A stretch of DNA of 27,313 bases, taken from assembly GCA_041500405.1 (NCBI GenBank), contig JBGQMB010000010.1, forward strand, positions 1-27,313, read 5' to 3'. Shown in pieces: positions 8,449 to 17,164 of this stretch; position 1 is the stretch's first letter; every line of letters begins with the position of its first letter. This stretch comes from Candidatus Micrarchaeia archaeon (GTDB lineage Archaea; Micrarchaeota; Micrarchaeia; Anstonellales; J096). The notes beneath the pieces were generated by a model, which saw nothing but the letters and a program-made list of their open reading frames with translations, was not told the DNA's origin and did no database searches. A program made the translations under genes and the position numbers.

Positions 8449-8748
8449 TCAGTTGAACTCCAGCGTTCCGCCCACCATGTTCTTGAGCAGCTCGTACTCA
8501 GGGTTCGGCTTTCCGGACGCGATGCCTGCGCCGAACACGTTGGAAAAGAGCTTTACGCTTATGCTGACCGCGTCCCCTGTCTTTGCAATTGTTGCAGGCC
8601 TGTGCCCAGCCTCAAGCGTCTTTATCTCAAGGGTCCGGTCGTTCAGCTTTGCCCTCATGCCGACCTTAAGCTCGCCCGAGCGCACGAACCCCGTGACTAT
8701 GGTGGAGCCCATCATTGTCGAGACTTCCTTTACCTTCAGGTTCGCCAT
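8449..8748 (-). CDS. Stand-alone EF-Tu domain II-like beta-barrel protein
   Basis: GSTIVTGFVRSGELKVG...EIKTLE....IAKTGDAVSI matches the EF-Tu/EF1A domain II pattern. No GTPase domain is present. Confidence 0.7.
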   Translation of the reverse strand: MANLKVKEVSTMMGSTIVTGFVRSGELKVGMRAKLNDRTLEIKTLEAGHRPATIAKTGDAVSISVKLFSNVFGAGIASGKPNPEYELLKNMVGGTLEFN

Positions 8749-8799
8749 GATTCTACGCTATGCTGTAGGTTTTTTATATCTTGGCAATCAAATTCACGC

Positions 8800-9342
8800 A
8801 TGGAAAAGGCTATACGTTTCTTCTTCGAGCTGGAGCTGCTGAAAGAGATGCAAAGGACGGGCTGGTACTTCATCGGCGAAAGGGACGGGGACACTGTTGC
8901 GTCGCACTGCTTCAGGGCGGCGTTCATAGCGCACTGGCTGGCAAGGAAGATCGGCGCAGACCCGGAAAAGTGCATGAAGATGGCGCTTATCCACGACGTA
9001 GGCGAAACAAGGGTGTGGGACATAAACAAGGTCTCGGCGGGATACACCGAGAAGGCAGAGTCAAGGGCGGCCAAGGATGCGATGAAGGGCTCTTTCGACG
9101 GGTTCGAGGGGCTTTATGAGGAAACCAGGGAAAGGAAGACCAAGGACGCGCTTGTGACCAAGGACGCGGACCTGCTTGAGTGCATAATGCAGGCAAAGAC
9201 GTTCGAGATGAGGGGAAACCCGCTTGCGAAGGAATGGATAATCAACGCGTCAAGGGTCCTGCATTTTGACGAATCAAAGGAGATGGCTTCCATGATAGCA
9301 AAGAACGACAAGGTTTGGTGGACAGGGCTGAAGAAGCTATAG
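8800..9342 (+). CDS. HD-domain hydrolase (YfbR/HDDC2-like 5'-deoxynucleotidase)
   Basis: LKEMQRTGW, DTVASHCFR, MALIHDVGE, KDADLLE. TTTTATA at about 8772-8778 is shared with the divergent gene. Confidence 0.88.
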   Translation: MEKAIRFFFELELLKEMQRTGWYFIGERDGDTVASHCFRAAFIAHWLARKIGADPEKCMKMALIHDVGETRVWDINKVSAGYTEKAESRAAKDAMKGSFDGFEGLYEETRERKTKDALVTKDADLLECIMQAKTFEMRGNPLAKEWIINASRVLHFDESKEMASMIAKNDKVWWTGLKKL

Positions 9343-9391
9343 GGTTTTTCCTAAAAAGCCCTGGTAAAAAACGCTTGTGTTGGTCTACGAT

Positions 9392-10705
9392 ATGGACAAA
9401 TTTTGTGTTGGCATATTGGGGTTCGGCCGGTTCGGCCAGGTTATGGCTGACATCCTGAAACAGGATTTTGATGTTTACGTCTCAAACAGGTCTGACAAAA
9501 GCGCGATTGCAAAAGACAAAGGCGTAAAATTCGTGCCTGCAAACGAGCTGATTGAAAAATGCGGCGCTGTCTTCCTCTGCGTTCCCATATCGGAAATGGA
9601 AAGCGCGCTTAAGGAAAACAGATTCAGGAAAGGCTCTGTCGTGATAGACACTTGCTCGGTCAAGGAGTATCCGGTCGAGCTGATGATAAGATATCTGCCC
9701 ATTGAGGCGCAGATAATAGCGACTCACCCCATGTTCGGGCCCGACTCGGTCAAGGACGGGCTGAAGGGCCTTAACTTTGTCATCCACAACATAAGGTGCG
9801 ATAAGGAAAGATACGCCTTCTGGTTTGATTATTTCAAAGCAAAGGGATTGAATGTCGTTGACGTTTCCCCGAAGGAGCATGACAGGCTTGCGGCAAACTC
9901 GCAGGGCATAACCCATTTCATAGGCAGGATACTCGAAAGGATGGGCGCGGAGCCAACGCCGATAGACACGACGGGCTACAGGAAGCTGATGGAAGTGAAA
10001 AGGCAAACATGCAACGACACCATGCAGCTGTTCCGCGACCTCCAGATGAAAAACAAGTTCACAAGGCAGATGAGGTCAAGGTTCTATTACGCCGTCGAGG
10101 CGCTTTCCAGCGACCTGCTTCCGGAACAGGTTGAGCCTGACTACCTTACGATAGGCATCCAGGGCATAGAAGGATCCTATTGCGAGCAGGCGTGCAAGGA
10201 GATGTGCGATAAGATGGGGATAGCCAAATACAAAATAAAATACCTCACAAAGTCGCACAACGTGCTTGACCAGCTGTTTTACGGCAACATAGACAGGGGG
10301 GTTGCGGCGATAGAAAACTCCACGGCAGGCATTGTCATGGAAACAATAGAGGCCATGTCGCAGTATCCGTGCAAGATAGAGAAAATAATGCCGATAATGG
10401 TAAGGCACTGCCTGCTAGTGAGGCCCGGCGTGAAGTTCGAGGAAATAAAAGAAATCCATTCCCACATTCAGGGGATTATGCAGTGCAAGGACACTCTCAA
10501 AAGAATATTGCCCAAGGCAAAGCAGGTTGAGCAGGAGGACACCGCGCTGTCGGCAAAGGACCTTTCAGAGGGAAAATACCCTGAAGGAAGCGCTGTCGTC
10601 GCGTCGGAGGCCGCTGCCAAGAGATACGGACTGGAAATACTGATGAAAGGGATAAACGACCTACAGGAGAATTACACTGACTTTATGATGATAAAAAGGA
10701 AGTGA
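9392..10705 (+). CDS. Fusion of TyrA (prephenate/arogenate dehydrogenase) and a PheA-type dehydratase catalytic domain
   Basis: N-terminal half: GFGRFG, DTCSVK, THPMFGP, EHDRLAANSQGITH. C-terminal half: QGIEGSY, AIENSTAGIV, SHIQGIMQC, DTALSA, NYTDF. No ACT or chorismate mutase domain. Confidence 0.88.
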   Translation: MDKFCVGILGFGRFGQVMADILKQDFDVYVSNRSDKSAIAKDKGVKFVPANELIEKCGAVFLCVPISEMESALKENRFRKGSVVIDTCSVKEYPVELMIRYLPIEAQIIATHPMFGPDSVKDGLKGLNFVIHNIRCDKERYAFWFDYFKAKGLNVVDVSPKEHDRLAANSQGITHFIGRILERMGAEPTPIDTTGYRKLMEVKRQTCNDTMQLFRDLQMKNKFTRQMRSRFYYAVEALSSDLLPEQVEPDYLTIGIQGIEGSYCEQACKEMCDKMGIAKYKIKYLTKSHNVLDQLFYGNIDRGVAAIENSTAGIVMETIEAMSQYPCKIEKIMPIMVRHCLLVRPGVKFEEIKEIHSHIQGIMQCKDTLKRILPKAKQVEQEDTALSAKDLSEGKYPEGSAVVASEAAAKRYGLEILMKGINDLQENYTDFMMIKRK

Positions 10706-10748
10706 GCAAACATTTAATAACTATTAACCACATAAAAAATAAGGTGTT

Positions 10749-11093
10749 ATGATGCCTGCCCAAAAGACTGTGTTCGCAACTGTCGTGGACTCTATAGGCA
10801 CAAAGGACCAGAAGATAAGCATAGAAGGAACCAATGTAACTGTTTCCCGCGTAAGCGGGGGCGTCGAAAGCCCGATTGTGACGCTTCATTCTGCCAAGAA
10901 CGGCAATGCAGTGATAATAGAGAACGCGTTCGGAAGCTCCCAGCCTATTAACAGCGTACCGATGATAAAGCAGAACCTGCAAAGGATGGGCATAGCGCTA
11001 AACAAGACGACAGAGGGGGCTCCGATTGCCCACGAGGTAGCAGGCCCTACAGAAGTCAAACACAAAGCTCCTAAAGAATTCAATGTTGATTGA
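10749..11093 (+). CDS. Hypothetical protein
   Basis: 114-aa ORF with AGGTG SD and an AT-rich upstream region. Confidence 0.6.
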   Translation: MMPAQKTVFATVVDSIGTKDQKISIEGTNVTVSRVSGGVESPIVTLHSAKNGNAVIIENAFGSSQPINSVPMIKQNLQRMGIALNKTTEGAPIAHEVAGPTEVKHKAPKEFNVD

Positions 11094-11122
11094 AAATTAA
11101 AAAGAAAATGAAAGGAAGTTAT
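11094..11122 (-). terminator. U-rich terminator after the small basic protein gene
   Basis: The minus strand reads CTTCCTTTCATTTTCTTTTTAATTT immediately after the stop codon. Confidence 0.5.
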
Positions 11123-11338
11123 TCACTTCCTTGCCATTTTTGCCTTGCTGACGTATCCGTCATTGTCAAGGTAGTAAAGGTATCCCTTCTCCTTCTTTAT
11201 CAGCTCGCTGCCGACCCTGGACTTCTTTCCGCCCGGGTTGCTCTTCATCGGCACTTCCCAGACATATCCGTCCTTGCCTATGAAGTAGAGAAATCCCTTC
11301 TTCCTGCTTATCTTTTCCTTTCCTATTCTTTCGCCCAT
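11123..11338 (-). CDS. Small basic two-repeat protein, candidate nucleic-acid-binding protein
   Basis: 71 aa, Lys/Arg-rich, with internal duplication (ISRKKGFLYFIGKDGYV / IKKEKGYLYYLDNDGYV). AGGTG SD and a TTTATATA box upstream. Confidence 0.8.
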   Translation of the reverse strand: MGERIGKEKISRKKGFLYFIGKDGYVWEVPMKSNPGGKKSRVGSELIKKEKGYLYYLDNDGYVSKAKMARK

Positions 11339-11419
11339 GGTATACACCTAGGATTACGTGGAACCGTCAGATATATAAAATATTCCGACGAAATGACCAT
11401 GAAAATACGCTAAAAACGC

Positions 11420-12694
11420 CTATTTTTGCAGTTCTTCGCATGCCTGGACCATGCTGTCAAAAAGCGGCCTTAGCCTGTTTTTCGGTATTGCCGCGTATGC
11501 AATCCTCGCTTTTCCGGCGATTGCGATGATTCCGACGCCGTATTTGCCAAGCAGTTTTTGCCTGAGCTTTTCCGCGTCAATGCCCTTGACGGACATGCAC
11601 ATGAAATACCCTGAGTTGAATGGAAGCGGCTCAAGCCATTTCGTGTATTTCCCCTCCTTCAATATAGAGGAGGCTTCATCGAACCTTGCTTTTAGGGCGT
11701 TGAACTTCTCAAGTTTCTGCCCGGCCATCGACGGCTCCCTGAGGGCAGACAATAATATAGACTGGGATATTGTTGGCGCGCTTGAGACGGAACCGCGTAT
11801 TGCGCCTATCGCCTTGTTTTCGAAGGCGCTGTAAAGCCCCTTTGCCGCGTTTTTTGCTCCGAATGTTATGAAACCTATCCTGAACCCCCAGGCATAGTTC
11901 TCCTTTGTAGCTCCGTCGCACTTGACTGCAAGCACGTTTTCCTTTTCGATAAGCTTTGCAAAAAGCGACTCCTTGGATATGCCGTCTTTGTATACCAGTC
12001 CGAAATAGGCGTCGTCGCAAACAGCGGCGATGGGTTTCTGCTTCGCGTTTTCGCCTATGGTTGAGGCGATTTTCCTTGCCTCTTCCTCCGTCGGAGTGTA
12101 TCCGGTGGGGTTATTCGGAAAATTCAGCAGCACAAGGGGCCTCTTTGACTCAGCTATCGCCTTGCCCAATCCCTCGACATTGAACTTGCTTCCAGAGAAC
12201 ATTGGGAACGCCCTTAACTTTGCGCCGAAGCCGTTTTCAAAAATAAGCCCATAGTTTTCCCAATAAAGGTCCGGCATTATGATGTCGACGCCCTTTTCCG
12301 CAAAAAGATAGGCTGAAACCCATATTGCGTGCGTTATGCCGCACGTCACAACCGGCATTGAGATATCTTCCTTTATCGAGGGATTCTTTTCCATAATGCC
12401 CTGTTTCCACATCTGCCTAAGTTCCGGGTTTCCTGAAGAGGGTGAATAGGAGAAAGCGTCCGAGGGCGGAATGCCCATGCCTTTGCCCATAGACGCAAGG
12501 TGCATTATCCCGCCGTCTTCCTCGTTTGCTATGCCTGCTGTCGCATTTATGGGCTTGCCTTTTGCGTCGAGCGACTGCTGGACAAATCCTTTTTTCGGAA
12601 AATAGATTGCCTTGCCCCTCTTGGAAAGCAAGCCGAAGAACGGGCTGCCCCTTATTTCCCTGTTGAGCTGCCTTGCCTCAGGAGAAAGCGCCAT
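11420..12694 (-). CDS. PLP-dependent aminotransferase class I/II
   Basis: NATAG, LNFPNNPTGY, DDAY, DGATKE...GFRIG (PLP lysine), SGYF, RIAY. Confidence 0.9.
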   Translation of the reverse strand: MALSPEARQLNREIRGSPFFGLLSKRGKAIYFPKKGFVQQSLDAKGKPINATAGIANEEDGGIMHLASMGKGMGIPPSDAFSYSPSSGNPELRQMWKQGIMEKNPSIKEDISMPVVTCGITHAIWVSAYLFAEKGVDIIMPDLYWENYGLIFENGFGAKLRAFPMFSGSKFNVEGLGKAIAESKRPLVLLNFPNNPTGYTPTEEEARKIASTIGENAKQKPIAAVCDDAYFGLVYKDGISKESLFAKLIEKENVLAVKCDGATKENYAWGFRIGFITFGAKNAAKGLYSAFENKAIGAIRGSVSSAPTISQSILLSALREPSMAGQKLEKFNALKARFDEASSILKEGKYTKWLEPLPFNSGYFMCMSVKGIDAEKLRQKLLGKYGVGIIAIAGKARIAYAAIPKNRLRPLFDSMVQACEELQK

Positions 12695-12718
12695 ATGCCT
12701 GCGTTGGAACAATAATGT

Positions 12719-13456
12719 TTAATAGGCTTCGGGCTTCTTGAACGCCCTGTAGACGAATGCAACCGCGCCATTTTCGCCGGTCGCCGTCTTGAAGGGCTCC
12801 GATGCCTGCTCGAAGACAAATCCGTAGCTTGCGTAAAAGTGGCCCAGGTTTGACGCCGTTATCTCTGCCCTGTTGTCGTATGTGAAATGAAGGACAATGA
12901 GCTCGTCGGCAAGCGAGCATATCTTTTTTATGGCGTCGATGTCTATGTCGGAGTTTCCGCAGTTCGTGATTTTCCTGCCGACGACGACATCATACCTTGT
13001 TGAATTGGCGCGGTAGTCGCCTTCTGTGAAGCATGCGGGGTTCACAACGTTGCCGTATGCAAGCTCCTTCGCCTTTGCTATCGCAATGGGGTCTATGTCC
13101 ATGCCCACATAGTCTATGCCTTTCACGGAAGAGGCAAGCCATGCGCCTAAATACCCGCTCATGCAGCAAGGCTCAAAGACCCTTGCGCCTGAATGGAGCA
13201 TTTCCGCCATCATGCCGAACGTCTCCATGTTAAGCGAATATTCGACAGACTCCTGGAACGCGTCCAGGCCGCTGCTGTAAAAGAGCTTTCTGAGCAGTTG
13301 CCCGTCGGCCCTCTCCGCCTCTATCTGCTCGTCGCTGATTTCGGTTATCTTCTTGAACGAAAGCCCATTCCTTTTCAGATACTCCGCAAGCCTCGGGTTT
13401 GGCTTGTCTGCGCGCCTGGCCAGTTTATTCATATTCACGGTTATGCCTGCAAGCAT
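12719..13456 (-). CDS. Class I SAM-dependent methyltransferase
   Basis: RVFEPCCMSGYLG (motif I variant), YVGMDID, EGDY, YDVVV. Start position uncertain. Confidence 0.7.
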   Translation of the reverse strand: MLAGITVNMNKLARRADKPNPRLAEYLKRNGLSFKKITEISDEQIEAERADGQLLRKLFYSSGLDAFQESVEYSLNMETFGMMAEMLHSGARVFEPCCMSGYLGAWLASSVKGIDYVGMDIDPIAIAKAKELAYGNVVNPACFTEGDYRANSTRYDVVVGRKITNCGNSDIDIDAIKKICSLADELIVLHFTYDNRAEITASNLGHFYASYGFVFEQASEPFKTATGENGAVAFVYRAFKKPEAY

Positions 13457-13527
13457 TTAAAACAGTTGCTGCCGCTTTTGGACACAAAAAGAAGGCTTTT
13501 AAATATTTAATCCCAAATAATAATGCA

Positions 13528-13806
13528 ATGGCGAGGAAGATTTCAGAGGTTGCCGCGGAAATAGACGCGGTGTACAAGGCGCTACATAGGCGCAGCATGG
13601 ACATGAGGGACGTCATAGCGATGACCAAGGACGCGACATTCTCCGGGGACACGCTGATGGTGGCCGCGCTTTCAAACGCCATATTCGCAAGGGCCGAGGA
13701 GCAGGACAAACTGAGGTTCTCGAAGTTCCTGTATGCAAACGGGCAGAAGGATATGATACCTCTGCCTTACGCGATGAAGATGAAGAATGAAATGGGAAAG
13801 CTGTAA
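13528..13806 (+). CDS. Hypothetical protein (92 aa)
   Basis: ATG 13528 follows TTTTAAATA at 13497-13505. Codon usage is genome-like. Confidence 0.7.
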   Translation: MARKISEVAAEIDAVYKALHRRSMDMRDVIAMTKDATFSGDTLMVAALSNAIFARAEEQDKLRFSKFLYANGQKDMIPLPYAMKMKNEMGKL

Positions 13807-13810
13807 TTTG

Positions 13811-13834
13811 GAGCCCGTAGTCCTCTTGGACGTT
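13811..13834 (+). repeat. Degenerate direct duplicate of the tRNA-Val 5' end
   Basis: GAGCCCGTAGTC-ctcttg-GACGTT versus the tRNA GAGCCCGTAGTC-gagtggtaa-GACGTT. Confidence 0.8.
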
Positions 13835-13841
13835 TGCGGAC

Positions 13842-13913
13842 GAGCCCGTAGTCGAGTGGTAAGACGTTACCCTGACACGGTAAAAATCCCCGGTTCGATC
13901 CCGGGCGGGCTCA
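13842..13913 (+). tRNA. tRNA-Val(GAC)
   Basis: Acceptor stem GAGCCCG/CGGGCTC plus discriminator A. Anticodon arm TTACC-CT GAC AC-GGTAA. T arm CCCGG-TTCGATC-CCGGG. CCA is not encoded. Confidence 0.95.
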
Positions 13914-13915
13914 TT

Positions 13916-14827
13916 TTAAGATTCCGTTGCATGCGAATCGCGGACAGCAACGGCCTGCGCAATCCTTATTATTGTCTCTATCTTTGACTCAAACAGCAGG
14001 AGCTCCATCGCCTCGCCGGTGGTTGCTTCCAAAAGCGCCGTGTGCCAGTCCCTCAACACCCATTCGCCGCCTATCATGCCACACTCCAAAATGGGCGCAA
14101 CGAACACGCTGTCAAAAAGCCACGGAGTGAACTCCTTTTCCGCAGACAGCATGCACAGCATCATGCTGCTCTTGTCCCAGCCGTTTGCAAAGGATGATGA
14201 CGCGATTATGGGATACCCAAGGGCTATGCCGGACTCATACAGCTTGTAGCGGAACATCTCCGGGGTTACGGCGTCAAAAGCGTTTGCGCGTTTCGCAATG
14301 AGCCACGACTTGCTGTCCAGCGGAATGCCAATTGCACTGCCGAAGCGCCCGAAGTCAAGCGTTGTCTTGTCTTTGAAAATATCAAGCGCCTGGTCAGATG
14401 AGACTATGGACATCTTCTTGCTGCCGCACAGCGCCGCATAAAGGCAGGTCAGGTTTTTCTTTGTCGCTGTTATCCTGTTTTTTGATATTTCGGGGTTGGA
14501 AGCCTGCAATATGCCGGAAACCTGCCTTAGGGCTTCCTGCTTAAGCATTGAAAGAGGATAAAATCGCATGAAAAATAACTTCTCCTCCATTGTCAATTCT
14601 ATGGGCGCGCCGTCTGCATCGGATTTGAGCGTTTGCGCAGAGACCTCAAGCATCCTTTTGCACTCGCAGGAAACCGGCAGCAGTTCGCTTTTGGATATCA
14701 GCGCATATGTCATCCTTACAGTTTCCAGCAGATAGTCCTTTGCCTTGAACGTGCCGTTGATTCCTTTGGCCGGAATAGCCTTTCCCTTCAGCAATGTTGA
14801 ATATGGATGCTGAATTCTCCTGAACAT
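13916..14827 (-). CDS. Hypothetical protein (about 303 aa)
   Basis: Long ORF. ATG 14827 lies about 25 nt after TTTAAAAA. The extension further upstream overlaps the CDF gene and was rejected. Confidence 0.65.
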   Translation of the reverse strand: MFRRIQHPYSTLLKGKAIPAKGINGTFKAKDYLLETVRMTYALISKSELLPVSCECKRMLEVSAQTLKSDADGAPIELTMEEKLFFMRFYPLSMLKQEALRQVSGILQASNPEISKNRITATKKNLTCLYAALCGSKKMSIVSSDQALDIFKDKTTLDFGRFGSAIGIPLDSKSWLIAKRANAFDAVTPEMFRYKLYESGIALGYPIIASSSFANGWDKSSMMLCMLSAEKEFTPWLFDSVFVAPILECGMIGGEWVLRDWHTALLEATTGEAMELLLFESKIETIIRIAQAVAVRDSHATES

Positions 14828-14925
14828 GGTGATGTTGGTGCGGCAAACGGTTTTTAAAGTTATTTTTGATGTCCGTTTGGGTCTATGAAAGGTTTTGTCT
14901 TTTAATCCCTTTTGCGCAATAATGA

Positions 14926-15780
14926 ATGATGGCGCAGAAGCTCGGCGCGGCGTCGTTTTCGATTGGCGTGAACGTTGCGCTGCTCGCGGCAAAGGCCGGT
15001 GCGGCATATGTCACAGGCAGCATGGGCCTGCTCGCAGAATCCGCGCATTCTTTGTTTGACCTGCTTGCGTCTGTGCTGGCATATGTCGGAATAAAAAAGG
15101 CTGACGAGCCGAGCGACGAGAGCCACCATTACGGCCATTACAAGTACGAGAACCTGTCCTCGCTCCTGCAGGGCCTGCTGATAACGGCCACTGCCGCAAT
15201 AATAATGTATGAGGCATGGCAAAAGATTGGCTTTCCCGGAAAGGTGGAATTTTCCGAAATTGGCATAATCCTCATGCTGCTTTCAATACCAGTCACATTG
15301 TACACGTCGAAATTCCTGGGCAGGATAGCTGCGAAAGAGGGAAGCTCCGCGCTTGAGGCAGATTCCGCGCACTTCACGACAGACGTCATAAGCTCGGTCG
15401 CTGTGCTGGCCGGGCTTTTGCTTGTGAGGCTCGGATGGCCTGCAGGCGACCCATTGTCCGCAATCGCGGTTTCCCTGGTTATGTTCTACATATCCGCCAA
15501 AATCCTGTGGAAGTCTGCTGTCGTGTTCATGGATTTTGCCCCTGACAAGGCCACGGTCGATAGAATAAAGCAGGTTCTGGAAAGCGAAAAAAGGATAACG
15601 CGCTACCATAAGCTAAGGGCAAGGATGGCAGGCAGCAGGATACTTGTTGATGTGCATATCCACATGCCACAGAACACCTCAGTCAAGTCGGCCCATACGA
15701 TAGCGCATGAGATAAAGGACAGGATAAGGCACAAAGTGCCGGACGTCAGCGAAGTCAACATCCACATAGAGCCGGATTAG
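14926..15780 (+). CDS. Cation diffusion facilitator family transporter (FieF-like)
   Basis: AESAHSLFD, HHYGHYKYE, ADSAHFTTD, about 6 TM segments, C-terminal HIEP. Confidence 0.93.
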   Translation: MMAQKLGAASFSIGVNVALLAAKAGAAYVTGSMGLLAESAHSLFDLLASVLAYVGIKKADEPSDESHHYGHYKYENLSSLLQGLLITATAAIIMYEAWQKIGFPGKVEFSEIGIILMLLSIPVTLYTSKFLGRIAAKEGSSALEADSAHFTTDVISSVAVLAGLLLVRLGWPAGDPLSAIAVSLVMFYISAKILWKSAVVFMDFAPDKATVDRIKQVLESEKRITRYHKLRARMAGSRILVDVHIHMPQNTSVKSAHTIAHEIKDRIRHKVPDVSEVNIHIEPD

Positions 15781-15783
15781 GCG

Positions 15784-16044
15784 CTAGCGGAACGAGATAA
15801 CCTGGAATCCGTATTTCTCGACGTCCTCCTTTGGCCAGAATTTCTGGTTCTTTGTCCTGAAGACGTAAGACACTGCCTTTTCCATTGTTCTTCCGGTATA
15901 CTGCTTCGTTTTTGGGTCCCATTCCCTGAGCAGCAGCGTGTCCCCGGGCCTGCACTCGAAATCCGCAAGCCTAAGCTCGTACGTCTTCTCGCCGCTCGCG
16001 ACCTTGTCAAAGAATTCCGGCCAAATCTTCTTTTCGATTTTCAT
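15784..16044 (-). CDS. DUF3850 / ASCH-PUA domain protein
   Basis: KIWPEFFDKVASGEKTYELR...GDTLLLREW...YTGR. Confidence 0.85.
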   Translation of the reverse strand: MKIEKKIWPEFFDKVASGEKTYELRLADFECRPGDTLLLREWDPKTKQYTGRTMEKAVSYVFRTKNQKFWPKEDVEKYGFQVISFR

Positions 16045-16110
16045 GATGACAGAATGCGCGGAAAACTTGATAAATCAATGTTTTTAAATAGTTGCATATC
16101 AGGTAAACTT

Positions 16111-16473
16111 ATGGATAATCAAGTTGGGGTCAGGATTGTGATTACAGGCATAAGGAAGGCCAGGGTATTCTCAGACAGTGAAAGGAATAGGGGAAAGAAG
16201 GCATATGTCAGGCTCGCAAAGATGGATGACGGAACCATAAGGGCCATTTCTGTCTACAAGAAGAGGGGGGCGGAATTCATATTCGACCCCAAGCTCGAAT
16301 ATGCATATCCAAGAGGGATTTACCAGGATTATTCAAGGCGCAGAATAATCAGGGAAACGCCGCTGGGCAGGACGATAAACCCGCAGATAGCCGCACTGAG
16401 GCTTTTTGGGAAGGCAAAAGACGCAATTGAAACTGAAGAGACAAGCCAAGAGGCCCAACGCTTCATGGAGTAG
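16111..16473 (+). CDS. Hypothetical basic protein
   Basis: ATG 16111 follows TTTTTAAATA (16081-16090). The ORF fills the gap between neighbouring genes. Confidence 0.6.
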   Translation: MDNQVGVRIVITGIRKARVFSDSERNRGKKAYVRLAKMDDGTIRAISVYKKRGAEFIFDPKLEYAYPRGIYQDYSRRRIIRETPLGRTINPQIAALRLFGKAKDAIETEETSQEAQRFME

Positions 16474-17161
16474 TCTTTTCCAGTTTTGCGACAATCCTGG
16501 CTATGTCCTTCACGGATTTTGCCTGAAAATCGGCCTTGGGCCCCTTCTTGAATTTCCTGGACGCGTATTTCACAAGTATAGTCTTCATGCCGAGCCTTCT
16601 TGCGCCCTCTATATCCCTGCTTGGCATGTCGCCCACCATTATGCAGTCCTTTGGCGAAACCCCGAGCTTTTTTGAAAGCAGCAGGAACCCCTTTTTGTGC
16701 GGCTTCAGCACGCCTGTGTCGTCCTTCGTCACTATGGCGTCGAAAAAGTCGTCAAGGCCCATTGCGCACAGCCTGAGGTACGCCTCAAGCTTCGGCGCAT
16801 CCGAAAGTATCGCAAGCCTGCATCCCATGTTCTTCAGCGAGACGAGCATGTCCTTTGCTCCCGGATAGGCCCTGAGCACGCCCTCCTTTGCCTTTCTGTA
16901 GGATAGTATCGCGCCTGCAAGCACCCTGTAGTCTATTTCGCCAAAGCGCTCCATCAGGTATTTCTGGAATATGCGCTGGTCCTCTATTCCTGTTTTCCAG
17001 TAAAACGCCGTGAAGTCCTTCAGCAGTTTCTCAAAGGGCCTGTCGATGCCCTTATCTATCATCGCCTTGACAGACTCGCGTATTGCGATGTTCTTGGTTT
17101 CAGTGAAGTCTATCAGCGTGTCGTCCAGGTCGAAAATCACTGCCCTTTTGCCGGTCCGCAT
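16463..17161 (-). CDS. HAD-superfamily hydrolase (TIGR02253-like)
   Basis: FDLDDTL, ILSD, KPH, MVGDMPSRDI. Confidence 0.9.
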   Translation of the reverse strand: MRTGKRAVIFDLDDTLIDFTETKNIAIRESVKAMIDKGIDRPFEKLLKDFTAFYWKTGIEDQRIFQKYLMERFGEIDYRVLAGAILSYRKAKEGVLRAYPGAKDMLVSLKNMGCRLAILSDAPKLEAYLRLCAMGLDDFFDAIVTKDDTGVLKPHKKGFLLLSKKLGVSPKDCIMVGDMPSRDIEGARRLGMKTILVKYASRKFKKGPKADFQAKSVKDIARIVAKLEKTTP

Positions 17162-17164
17162 CTT

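Noticed and set aside
13811..13853. Non-canonical D-arm intron or mini-CRISPR reading of the tRNA-Val repeat
   Set aside because: No clear bulge-helix-bulge, the downstream tRNA is already complete, there are only two 12-nt copies, and no cas genes are present.
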